64,000 nucleotides of DNA from Narcine bancroftii (taxonomy: Eukaryota). Positions 1 through 11,869 of the stretch are shown piece after piece. Positions within the stretch are counted from its first letter, which is position 1. Each line of letters opens with the position of its first letter. The position numbers and the translations under genes are program-made. The stretch lies in contig NC_091472.1 of NCBI RefSeq assembly GCF_036971445.1, positions 250,170,001-250,234,000 of the forward strand, written 5' to 3'. A model generated the notes under the pieces. It was not told where the DNA came from. It did no database searches and saw only the letters and a program-made list of their open reading frames with translations.

Positions 1-97
1 TCCACCAATGCTTGGAGATCTTGGGGGGTGGGGTGGGAGGTGGGGGGAGGAGAAGAGAGATAGCTGTTTAATTTTTAAATTTAGTTTTAATTGAGAG

Positions 98-1515
98 ATG
101 CAGCACGGTAACAGGCCCGACCAGCCCACAAGCTCATGTCAGCAAATATATCCTTTTTTTCTTTCTTCTTCTTTGGCTTGGCTTCGCGGACAAAGATTTA
201 TGGAGGGGTAATGTCCAAGTCAGCTGCAGGCTCGTTTGTGGCTGACAAGTCCAATGAGGGACAGGCAGACACAGTTGCAGCGGTTGCAAGAGAAAATTGG
301 TGGGTTGGGGTTGGGTGTTGGGTTTTTCCTCCTTTGTCTTTTGTCAGTGAGGTGGGCTCTGCGGTCTTCTTCAAAGGAGGTTGCTGCCCGCCGAACTGTG
401 AGGCGCCAAGATGCACGGTTTGAGGCGATATCAGCCCACTGGTGGTGGTCAATGTGGCATGCACCAAGAGATTTCTTTAGGCAGTCCTTGTACCTCTTCT
501 TTGGTGCACCTCTGTCTCGGTGGCCAGTGGAGAGCTCGCCATATAACACGATCTTGGGAAGGTGATGGTCCTCCATTCTGGAGATGTGACCTACCCAGCG
601 CAGTTGGATCTTCAGCAGCATGGATTCAATGCTGTCGGCCTCTGCCATCTCGAGTACTTCGATGTTGGTGATGAAGTCGCTCCAATGAATGTTGTGGATG
701 AAGCGGAGACAACGCTGGTGGAAGCGTTCTAGGAGCCGTAGGTGATGCCGGTAGAGGACCCATGGTTCGGAGCCGAACAGGAGTGTGGGTATGACAACGG
801 CTCTGTATACGCTAATCTTTGTGAGGTTTTTCAGTTGGTTGTTTTTCCAGACTCTTTTGTTTAGTCTTCCAAAGGCGCTATTTGCCTTGGCAAGCCTGTT
901 GTCTATCTCGTTGATGATCCTTGCATCCGATGAAATCGTGCAGTCGAGATAGGTAAACTGGTTGACCGTTTTGAGTTTTGTGTGCCCGATGGAGATGTGG
1001 GGGGACTGGTAGTCATGGTGGAGAGTTGGCTGATGGAGGACCTCAGTTTTCTTCAGGCTGACTTCCAGGCCAAACATTTTGGCAGTTTCCGCAAAACAGA
1101 ACGTCAAGCGCTGAAAAGCTGGCTCTGAATGGGCAACTAAAGTGGCATCGTCTGCAAGGAGTAGTTCACGGACGAGTTGCTCTTGTGTCTTGGAGTGAGC
1201 TTGCAGGCGCCTCAGATTGAAGAGACTGCCATCCGTGCGGTACCGGATGTAAACAGCGTCTTCATTGTTGAGGTCTTTCATGGCTTGTTTCAGTATCATG
1301 CTGAAGAAGATTGAAAAAAGGGTTGGTGCGAGAACGCAGCCTTGCTTCACGCCCTCAGTTATAGCCACGTAACCAATTAAACTACTAACCCCATACATCT
1401 TTGGAATGTAGGAAAAACCCAGAGCATCTGGAGGAAACCCATGCAGACAGAGGGAGAATGCACAAACTCCTTTTCGATAGTGCCAGATTCTAACCTGGGT
1501 TGTTGGTGCTGTAAG
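98..1515 (-). mobile_element. tRNA-derived HE1/V-SINE-like SINE split by the RTE insertion (98-153 and ~1355-1515)
   Basis: CAGCACGGTAACAGGCCC... on the left and ...GGAGGAAACCCATGCAGACAGAGGGAGAATGCACAAACTCC on the right match the intact copies at 14680 and 21990. Confidence 0.7.
154..1353 (-). mobile_element. RTE-clade (BovB-like) LINE, 5'-truncated, RT C-terminal half plus 3' tail
   Basis: ORF 220..1398 has GVKQGCVLAP, LLLADD, GLEVSLKKT, QLRWVGH and a C-terminal CxxC..H motif. Microsatellite-like (GAA)n tail at ~154-180. Inserted into a SINE whose halves flank it. Confidence 0.92.
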
Positions 1516-2885
1516 GTCAGAGAAGCCGATCCTACAGGATGGTGACCATGGCAGTGGACCAATGAGGGGCTCAGCAGCTGAGAGACCTACACAGGCTGCA
1601 GGCGACCCACACGGGCTGCGGGCTGCTGGAGTTTCGCCTATGGGAACCAGGTACTGGAGCCAAGATTCAAGAGAGCGCTGAAGGCAAGAAGGGCTCCCAA
1701 TGGGCCTCAGATGGTGAAGTCTTCCTGATCAAGTTGATGGTTTGGATCTGGAGCTCGGGTTTCTGAGAATTGAACAGGGATCTGTGCAGCTGCAGAAGCT
1801 GTGGGAGTGCTCGAGGCGAATCCATGGACACTCAGTGATTCGGAAGGGATTCTCTTTTACTTCTCTTTCTATCCTACAGTAAGGGATACCAGGCGACACT
1901 AATAGCAATTCTTTGTCTACCTTATGGCAGGCAAAAAATAATTCATGTAATATTGCATATTCTGTATTCTTTTATTGTTCATTTATTTTTGTTTTTTCTT
2001 TTACTTTTACTTCATGTTATGGGGTGGGAGGAAAAAGGGGAAAAAATGTCACTATATATTTTAATGATGAATGTATATATTTTTATTGTAGTAGTTTACA
2101 TTGAAATATTAAATAAACAAACAAAAAATTGCATATTCTGTACTATTATATGACAATAAAGATAACTTGAATCTTAATTGGGTTGCTCTAATCTCTATGG
2201 TAACCGTGCCGCTGTTTAACCAGGATTTCCTTGGACATGTTAATGGGGTGAGGGCTTTTACTTGTGATCATCCTCAAACACGTGCTGTGTTCCATTGCTG
2301 TGGTGAACATTCCGGATCATGATCAGCATCCTGATTCACGAATTACCTTTCCAATTAGAGGTCAATAAAACTATAAGAGTCTCATTTAGGATAAGGGGAA
2401 AGAGGTTTAAAGAACATCTGATGAGAATGGCAAGTACCTGGAGTTCACTACCAAAGTGTGGTGGAAGTAGATCAGCAGTTAAGGTATGTCTAGATGAACA
2501 CTTGAATCAACTCAGCATTGAAGGCTACAAGACGTGCTGGGAAATGGTCAGCCAAATAGCCTGTTTCCCTGCAGTATAACTCTGACTCCGTGGCTCCATG
2601 CTCAAATTGGCGGATTCTTAACATTTCCAGAGCAAAGATCAACTGCTTTGTTTCTCTAATGTGATCAAAATGGGCATGAGGAATGGTTATGCTGCAATGT
2701 GCCTGTGTATGTTCTTTCATATTACTCAACTCCTTACAGTTAACCTGTGAATCTTCACTTACACCTTACAGAAATCCAGGTGTTTTCTTCACATTTTATT
2801 TCTATTGACCTAATAATACTCAATAACTGTCCGAGCAATGTGAATGTGGTGGCTTAAAAATGTTTGGTAAATATTCATCTTTTAC

Positions 2886-3068
2886 CTCAGACACAGCACA
2901 GATAGAGGACAAAGCTTCACCACGAAATCCATACGTTCCCAGAGCTTCCAGGTCTTCGTGATGAGTAATTTTGGATGTGTAATTTTTCAGTCCCATGACA
3001 GGGGCATCAACAGTTTTGATTCCATCACCATTATCTCTCACTTCAATCTTGTCAAAACCATTGTTTTC
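2886..3068 (-). CDS. PMS1: PMS1 (MutL family) coding exon 2, GHKL ATPase region
   Basis: AG|[61 protein letters not shown]|GTAAA; 183 nt, phase 0/0; contains the MutL GFRGEAL signature. The gene continues off the left edge. Confidence 0.95.
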
Positions 3069-3479
3069 CTATTTCAGACACAAAGAGCCTTTGTTAGAAA
3101 GTATCCAATGAGCAAACATTTCATTAGATCAAAAGTGGAGGTGCTTGTAATGTTGACAAGATGCACTGTGATTCAGAATGTTGCAGGATAGATTGGACAC
3201 AAAATCCCTTGTCATAAATCCACAGCTTCAGCTCTCACATCAAGGAAGAGAACCACCTGCCAGAGGGCCTCACATTCACCACACTGGGAACCATATCCAA
3301 GAAAGGAGACAAATCAGACTGTGGCAACAATAGCGGGGTTCCCCAAATGACCATATGGATCCCTTCCTTCCAGCGGCACAATAGACAGTGGGCATCAATT
3401 CCAGGAAAAGGTACAGAGCAGCCTCATCACTACACTTTGATCTCTCAGGTCACTGTCTCCTTCAGTCAAGATGGACTGT

Positions 3480-4350
3480 GAGGCATCTTTTCAGCTACCT
3501 TCAGAAATTTGTCTCTATCCTATCTCTGCTATACGACAGCACCCAAGCTATGATCTTAACCAATGGCCCACCACAGACCCAATTTCAGACCAGAAAGGGG
3601 ACCAGGCAAGGTTACACATTCATCCCAAAATATTTACTGACCTCTCTTGCTGCAGTACTGCATCTCACCTCCACAGGGTTCCACTGGCGTAGAGCTAAAC
3701 CACAAGGTTAATAGGAAGCTGCTTAATTTATACTGCCACTACTCTTGAAACAAAAGCCACTCCAAATTCACTGAGAGCTGCAGTACACAGCTAACTGCAT
3801 ACGTACAGCTCAGTGGATGAGCTCCAGACCTTCATCACATGTTCACTGAGGCACACAAGAAAATGAGCCTTACACTTAACATCTGTAAAACCAAGGTCCA
3901 CCACCAACTTTCCTCTACCGTAAAACACAGCCCCTCTGCAATAAAGGTTGACAATGTGACCACTTTGAACATTTTGGTAGGCACCTTTCAATGAAGGTAG
4001 ATACTGATGATCAAATTCACCATTTTCTCCATTGCCAGCAAAGCCTTGGATTACCAAAGGAATTAAATTACTCAAGTAGCTCAGACTTAACCCAATGTTC
4101 AGGCAGCCTTGTACACCTCTGTAAGTAGCATCTATAAGTTGCATGTCAAAGGCCTGGAGGTATGCCTTCTATGCTACCTCTACAAATCTTTCAAATCCAC
4201 AAGCAGCGTCAGTGATTCAACATCAGCATCCTCTCCAAGGCCAATACACCCAGCATTAATGTGCAGCTAATCTAAAAGGAACCAAAACAAACACATTTTT
4301 CGAAGTTTTTTCATGGCAAGGAAGTACCAGAATCCAAGGATCTTTCAAAA
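3480..4350 (+). mobile_element. Old, degenerate RTE-like LINE fragment
   Basis: Decayed motifs KGTRQG and LTLNICKTKV and a KFVSILSLLYD-like segment; many frameshifts. Confidence 0.5.
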
Positions 4351-4974
4351 AGTGTTGTATCCCAAGTTTATTATCATATGTATTGAAAATACAGTGATAG
4401 AGGCTGCTTTGTTAACAGATAGCACAGTACAAAAGTGCAGAGTTAGAGAATGATCGGTTGGTAGAGCAGAGGCAACATAATTTTACTATTTTTGAGGTAT
4501 AATGGCAGAAAAAAAAGTGTCCTTGAATTTGGATGTGCATGATCTCATACTTATGAATCTTTTTCCTGATAGGAAGGAGTTGAAGCAAGTGTGGCTGGGG
4601 TGGGATGAGTATTTTAATACAGAGAAGTCCTAAAATCTGCACAGCTCAGGGATTCAGTGCTTGTACTTTCTGGATTGTCTTGCAATACTTTTAAAATTCA
4701 AATTTAAGGAGGAATAAAGAAGAGATGAACAGGTAAATGTTGATAGTTTATTCATTAGCAAATATAGCATGCTTCATTTATCAAAATGATCAATTTTAAA
4801 TAAAAATAAAGTCAACAAGCATGTTGCTTGTTACCACCCTCTGTGCATCTATGGCACTTACGTGTGCACGCACACCCACAAAAGCCCACCAAATAGAAAA
4901 AGTTTGAGAGTTTTCAAAAAGTCTGGATTCTCAGGTGGCCTGGATTTCTAGTATCCAGAGTTTTGACTTCTATT

Positions 4975-5305
4975 GTATGTTTTCTGCTTTTCCAAGGCAG
5001 CAGCAATTATAGATGGAGTCAATGGAGAGGAGTAGGGTGTGTATGATGGACAGAGCCAGGTTCTTGCTGTCTTGGGCAGGGAAATTCCTGTACGCTCAAT
5101 GATGAACCTGTGGAAATTGTTAAGGGATACTGGTGATGTGCCAAATTTCTTCAAGCTTCTATGAAGGTAGAGGCACAGATGCAATTTTTTTGGCCATTGC
5201 GTCATTATGGGTGGACCAGGACAAGTCACTAGTGACGTTTATATCTAAGAACTTAAACTGTTCACTACTTCCGCCTCAGGACTGGGGAATGAGCTCCATC
5301 GTCCT
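4975..5305 (-). mobile_element. Rex1/Babar-like LINE fragment
   Basis: Translation LYLHRSLKKFG..SLNNFHRFIIE resembles the Rex1 RT C-terminus seen in other copies here. Confidence 0.55.
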
Positions 5306-6339
5306 CCAGAAGTCTGTCGCAGTCACACACTTAACTGTATCGGGAGAAGGGCCAGTCAATGATGATAAGCAATGCAGCATGTGTGAGTAATAGCACACAT
5401 GCACGGTTGTGTTAAGCGTCAGTATACGGGTGATGGATCTCAGATGCAGGAGGAAGAGAGTGAGAGCGTCAGGATCACCCATGTGGCAGTGAGCCAATGA
5501 GAAGGTTAGAGGAGTTTGGCTGGGTGGTGTTTGGGGAGTTGAAGAATGCAATGTTGTGAATAATTAAAGAAAGTCGACTCTATGGTGTGCTGAAAGAAGT
5601 GAGTGAGTGGATTCTTTATTTGTTTGTAAGCTGCGGTAAGTCAGTGTTGTTCCAAGAGGTGACCCCGTGAGTTCACAGTATCTTCTAATTTAAAATGGAT
5701 AGTGATGAGAATTAACCCCTCACAGGAGCAGTTGGGGAGGTCACATTGAAGATTCCTCCTTTTATTTTTAAATAATGCAACAGCATGGCTCATTTTGCCT
5801 ATATTATTCTGGAACATAAAAGTAATTATTTTCTTTAACCCCTTGTATACTTTTTAATCCTCTCCAATAACATGGATGAGGAGCTCATGGACATTTTGTC
5901 AGTAGAATTATAACCATCTAGGCCTACTGCCTATGATGCATCCCATTCTTCTCTTCAGCCATCGGTTCAAACTTCCAGGATTCTTCCCTGGCCCTAAGTC
6001 CTTAACTTGCAAATTTCTCTTATATTGAACGAACCTCACCTTCAATCCAAAATAATATTGGAAACGAATAATTTACTGACTACTCAACATCTGATACCAC
6101 ATTAGTTAATGTTATAAACTACCCCTACACCTTCAGATATTATGTCATCAACCCTACCATCTAAAGAAAAACAATCCCCTCCAAAAACAAACGATTGTTT
6201 GTTTTTGCTCATTGTCATGAGCAAGTCATGAAATTCTTACAACATCATTATGTAAAAAAAATTAAAATAATAGTGCACGAAAAGTAAGGCAGCGTCTTTG
6301 GTTTATAAAATTATTGATTATTCAGGAATCTGTATAAAT

Positions 6340-6975
6340 ACAGGTGTACCACAGTTTTCGGCAGAATCACAAACGGCAATGAGGAAGCGTAGAGGAGGGA
6401 TATAGATCAGCTCGTTGAATGGTGTAACGACAACAACCTTGTGCTCAACGTCAGCAAATCTAACAAGATGATTGTCGACTTCAGGAAGAAGTCAGGGGAC
6501 ATGACTCAGTCCTCATTGAGGGCTCAGTATTGGAGAGGATCAAGAACTTCAAATTACTGGTCAACGTCTCCGAGGATCTGTCATGGAGTCTCCACATTGA
6601 TACAATCACAAAGAAGGCTTGCCAGCAGCTATACTTTGTGAGGTATCTGAGGAAATTCAGTATGGCACTGAAAACTATTGAAAACTTCTATGGGTGTACT
6701 GTGGAGAGCATTCTGATTGGCTGTACTGACTGTGGTCTTCCAATGAGAAAGTCAAGGATCCAGTTGCATGGGGGGCGGGGGTACAGAGGCCCAGATTTTG
6801 TAGCTTCTTGATCAGCACTGAGGGAATAACGGTATTGAAGGCCAAGCTGTAGTCGATGAAGAATTGCTATTTTCAAGGTGATCCAGCGATATTACATCTG
6901 CTGTGGAGAGATTGTGATGATAGGCTAATTGCAGCAGGTCCAGAACTTTGGTTAGGTACATGTTAATTCTGGCCA
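6340..6975. mobile_element. Rex1/Babar LINE with internal inversion (+ strand 6340-6725, - strand ~6725-6975)
   Basis: + strand gives LNVSKSNKMIVDFRK and KKACQQLYFVR..FYGCTVESILIGC; - strand gives CNWILDFLIGRPQSV. Confidence 0.75.
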
Positions 6976-7798
6976 AATGAATTAAAAAGAGACAATAAAT
7001 ATGTTTTAAAAAAATGACTGTGAAATAGTGCAGCCAGTTTTTTTTGTGGTGTCAGAGCAGTCCACAATTAGTGTAATAAGGAGGAGTTCAAGAGCGTGAT
7101 AGCAGTTGGAAAAAAAAGTTCTTGAACCTAGAACTACTGGTCTTCCAGCTTTTGTATCTTCTGCCCCAAAGTAGCAGTGAGTAGAGTTGTGACCAGGATG
7201 ATGGGGTCTTTTATGTCACTGGCTGCCAACATTCTCAAAGAACTTGTGGCAGTTTGTCAAACTTATGACCATCTACCTCTGCCCTTGATAATTTTAATAC
7301 AGTTCTGGCCAGTCTCTCTTGTTCTATTCTACATAAATTTGAGGCCGACCACAGCTCTGGTGCCACTGATCAAAGTTGCAGCAAATGCAGTGCATCAGTG
7401 TCAAATCCTAACTGAACAGCATCTTTATCAATTCCAAATCCATTCACGCACTCATACGCTCCCTCTCGTTGCCATTTTCTCCAGCTTAATAACCTTCCAA
7501 AATATTTGTTCATACACAAATTTATTTCTGCACTATTTGTAGTACTGTCTTTGGTTTCCAAAGCATGGGCTCAAAACATACTTCTGTAAACCTCCCAATG
7601 ACTCTTTTCCTCCTACAAGATGATGCTTGATCTTATAGACATCCAGCCTGTCTTCAGCTTATGTGGCTTAGCATCTATTTTTACTAATCTCACTACAAAT
7701 GCTTTAGGATGTTTTGTTGTATTAAAGATCCTTTGTAAGTCGAAATTATTATTTATAACTACAAATGATGGCAAGGAAAATAACAATATGACACTTAC

Positions 7799-7930
7799 TA
7801 ATCTGACTTCAATGCTTGTTGCATTTGCATCCAAGGAATTTTCCACGAGTTCTTTCACAACATTAACAACCGAGGATATTGACTGAGAGCTTGAAAGAAG
7901 TCTAATGGTGCTGGGTGGTAACTGCTGCAT
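7799..7930 (-). CDS. PMS1: PMS1 first coding exon (exon acceptor at ~7955)
   Basis: [44 protein letters not shown]|GTAAGT; 132 nt; Mut[11 protein letters not shown] motif with a PMS1-type N-terminus. Confidence 0.95.
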
Positions 7931-8439
7931 GATGACTTAGTGGACGAATATATGCCTGTAACAAGGTACATCAGTTACAAGAAATTAATCTCTTGCTCTA
8001 ATTACTAATGGGAACATTTTAACATGCAACAGTAACATGTAATAAAAAAGAAAAAAACAGTAAAAAGTAATAATGCCTGAAGAATGATTTATAATCCACA
8101 GTGACTCAATTGACCTTACATTAGATGGATCAAAACCAAATGGGTAAATAGGAGCAGGAAAACTACCAGGCTCCTCAAGCAGACGTTATCATTCAGTATG
8201 ATCTTGGCTGTTCTTTGCCAGGCTTCAACTCTTCTACGCCAATCCTATATGGCCCTCAACATTACCTGATCTTTCAAAAAATTTGTAGATGTTCCTTAGG
8301 TTCTAGTGATCTAGCCTCCAGAATCCTCACAGTAGAAAACTCTTGACATTCAACTCCTTCTGATTACTGTTGTCATTAGCTTTAGAGTTCTAGTACAGGA
8401 ACTGGCCCTTCATGCCAACCAAGGGAGCCTGCATTTGCC

Positions 8440-9095
8440 CCTTATCCCTCTAAATTATTCCCATCTTTGTACCCATCTAAATGACTTTTGAATTACAATC
8501 GTCCCCACTTCTACCACTTCCTCTGGCAGCTTGGTCCATACAACACTTCTGTGTGAAGGGTGACATTTCTTTTAAATGTCAAATACATGCCCTCTAGTTG
8601 TAAATTCCCCACATGAGGGGAAAAGGCAGACTGTTTATCTTATATATATGCCCCTCATTTTAAAAAACCTTTGCATGTACCTTCTCAGCCTCCTGTGCTT
8701 CAGTGAAAAAAGTCCCAGCCTCTCCTTATAATTCAAACTCCCACTTCCTTTAACATTCTTGTCAACCTTTTTTGCAACTTTCCAGCCTAATGATATTTTT
8801 CCCTGTAGCTGGGTGACAAAAATTGCAAACAATGCTCAAATGTGGTCTTACTGTCTTGTATAGTTATAACACGGCATCCCTGCTCCTATACTCAATGCCC
8901 TAATCACTTCATCACCTTCTTGACCAGTAACACAGAATCATGGGCCTGTCCCCCAAATTCTCTTTGTTCTACAACACTCTCCAGAGTTCTACCATTCACC
9001 ATGCAAGTCCTGCCCTGGTGTAACCTGTCAAAGAGCAACAGCTTGCATTGGTTTGAGTTAAATTCCATCTGCAATTTCTTGGCCCACTTTCCCTT
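8440..9095 (-). mobile_element. CR1-like LINE 3' fragment
   Basis: YKERLGLFSLKHRRLRR is a typical CR1 ORF2 C-terminus. Confidence 0.65.
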
Positions 9096-9105
9096 CTATC
9101 TAGAT

Positions 9106-9460
9106 CAGTGGTTCTCAACCTTTTTCTTTCCACTCATATAGCACTTTAAGTAATTCCTATGCCATAGGTGCTCTGTGATTAGTAAGGGGTTGCTTAAGAT
9201 GGTAAGCGAGTGGGAAGGAAAGGTTGAGAACCTCTGTTCTGGACCCAATTGTTACTGAAATATTTTGCTTGAAAAAAATTGTCATTGGCCCATTTCCTTT
9301 GGAGTTATGAAACTGTGCACATAACGAGTCAATTAGGTACAATTAAAAGTGGTTTTCAATCCACCCACATACCACCTTAAGCAAGTGGTAATTACAGAGA
9401 ACCTACGACATAGGGAATAAAGCGGTATATGAGTGGAAAGAAAAAAGGTTGAGAATCTGT
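9106..9460. mobile_element. Non-autonomous hAT-type MITE (composite)
   Basis: CAGTGGTTCTCAACC terminus with internal repeated GGTTGAGAACC ends; reverse-complement relative of the copy at 25273-25635. Confidence 0.7.
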
Positions 9461-9498
9461 TCTACACTCATAACTGTGTGGCTAAGCACAATTCAAAT

Positions 9499-10546
9499 GC
9501 TCATTATTGATGGGGAGGAGGGGAGTCATTGGATCTGATTATTTATCTGGCCGAAGTCTGCAAAAGTGATTAGAATATACATTCAGATGAAAAGAGTTTA
9601 GGCTTGTTGCGATGACAAGTTCAGCAGAAATACTCTCATCTGGTGCTGGAGAGTCCTTCATTGCACAATTTCTTCAGTCCAAGAGAGCCAGAAAGAATCA
9701 GAATTTATTGACGTGAATTGGTTGTTTTGGGGCAGCAAATATTGCTATAAATTACATTTCAACAATAAATAGTACGAGAAAAATAGGATGGAGTGAGATC
9801 ATGTCTATTTCATGGTCCATTCCAAAATCCGATGGCAGAGGGGAAGAAGCTGTACTTGTGCCACTGGGTGCTGGTCTTCAGGCTCCTGCAGCTGCTTCCT
9901 TCTGACAGCAGTGCGAAGAGGTCATGGTGTGGGTGGTGGGGGTCCTTGAGGATAGAGGCTGCTTTCCAGTGGCTATGCCTCATTTGGAGTTGGAGGAGAT
10001 TTGGTATGTCACTAAAAACTTGCAGATTTGTGCAGGCATACTATGGAGGGCATTCTGTCTGGCTGCATCACAGTCTGGTATGAAGGACAGGAAAAAAAAC
10101 CTCAGAGTCACCCACACCATGACCTCTTCGCACTGCTGTCAGAAGGAAGCAGCTGCAGGAGCCTGAAGACCAGCACCCAGTGGCACAAGTACAGCTTCTT
10201 CCCCTCTGCCATCGGATTTTGGAATGGACCATGAAATAGACATGATCTCACTCCATCCTATTTTTCTTGTACTATTTATTGTTGAAATGTAATTTATAGC
10301 AATATTTGCTGCCCCAAAGCAACCAATTCACGTCAATAAATTCTGATTCTTTCTGGCTCTCTTGGACTTAAAGAAATTGTGCAATGAAGGACTCTCCAGC
10401 ACCAGATGAGAGTATTTCTGCTGAACTTGTCGTCGCAACAAGCCTAAACTCTTTTCGTCTGAATGTATATTCTAATTACTTTTGCAGACTTCGGCCAGAT
10501 AAATAATCAGATCCAATGACTCCCCTCCTCCCTATCAATAATGAGC
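9499..10546. repeat. Long inverted duplication: arms 9499-9935 and 10109-10546, ~173-bp spacer
   Basis: The arms are reverse complements with about 7 differences found by eye, including a 1-bp indel. Confidence 0.93.
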
Positions 10547-11130
10547 GACACCGAGTGCGAAAGGAGCATCCTTTTCCCATGGTTCCGTGCGCGTGAGGTG
10601 ACTCGGAGCACCCAAACCAAGTGCTTAAACTTTTCCGGTGACGTTCCAAATGGGACTCCAGCTGTCAACATGCCCTCGAAAGACTGCCTCATGACCCCCA
10701 GGCTTTTTCACCGCACCACACGGCCACTCACCCCGGGCGCCTCACACCCCATCCAACCCGCCGCCACCCGATCACAGCGTGCGCGCGTCGTCCACCGGGC
10801 GAAGGGATCGTCCGCGCTCGTGGAAATCCCGCCCTTCGGTCCGTGGCCCGCCGCCGCCGGGAGCTCCGGCCGGCCATTGGACGAGGAGGAGCGCTGCGGC
10901 CGTCGCTCAAAACTGCGTCACACTACTTCCGTTCTAAAGGGAGTTGAAAAACCAAGAACCCAGCGAATGGTGGGACAGGTATGGATTTGAGAGTGACGTC
11001 TGGTTTTAAAATCAGCCTTTTCGCCCTAGCGACGCGGTCACTGGGTTGGGGTGAACTCTGGTGCGAATCGTTCCGGTGAGCGTGCTGTTTCTATGGAATG
11101 GTACATTGAGGATCGTGCAGGGCCTAGTGC
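10545..11130. promoter_or_regulatory. CpG-island bidirectional promoter for PMS1 (-) and ORMDL1 (+) with putative non-coding first exons
   Basis: CpG-dense. ATTGG (CCAAT) ~10876, ACTTCCG (ETS) ~10925, TGACGTC (CRE-like) ~10994. Candidate donors are GTGAGT on - at 10731 and GTGAGC on + at 11076. The head-to-head PMS1/ORMDL1 arrangement is as in human. Confidence 0.75.
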
Positions 11131-11869
11131 TGTCAGGAGTCCTCCCCTTTGAGCCTAGATCATGACGATCGATGCAAACCACTTCGCGTTCAGCATGCCT
11201 TCTATGCGAGATCTTTAAGGTGGCAGTTCGTTTCTCTAGCACAGGCTGGGGTGAAACACGAAAGTGTGTAGAAGCGCAGCAATGCTGGAGGAACTCAGGG
11301 GGTCGTCCATGGGGGAGGGATGTATAACCGATACTTTGTGTCTGAAAAGCAGGCAGGCGCCTGAATTCAAAGGAGCAGGGAGAGGAGTGCAGATCGTTAG
11401 ACAAAATGTGTTCATTGGACAGGAGAGAGGAAAGGTGAGAATGGATTGTGGGAGGGGATGGGAGTATTGGCTCGAAATGGAGAGTTGGGGGGGGGGGGGG
11501 TGGGGTGGGGGAAGGGAGGAGGAAACAATAGCCGCTTTCAGGTGCCTGGACGCAGATAAGGTGCCGGCAGACGCGGCTGGGTGGCTGCGGAGAAGAGCCC
11601 TTTCTATCACCTGAACGTGCCAGCTGAAGGAGAGCCACGTCCAAGCAAACGCCGGCTCCTGTGGACTGTGCCCATAGTCCCACTGCTGCTTTCAGGTGCT
11701 ACAGGGGATTCTCGGAAGGAGGCTTAGGTAAGAGCTCTTCCTGGCTGGGTTCTCCACTTTCAGGTGGCCTCCCGACAGCCGCATAGGAGTAGAATATGCG
11801 GCTTTACATTGGGGTATTTTGGCCCCCTGAAAGTGCCTAACAAAAACTGAAGAGGGAGACTGAGCAAGA

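Noticed and set aside
5314-5677. Possible solo LTR (TG...CA) inside a LINE remnant
   Set aside because: No convincing TSD and no second copy in the window.
10541-11683. 149-223-aa ORFs in the CpG island
   Set aside because: GC-rich or low-complexity stop-poor sequence with no recognisable domains.
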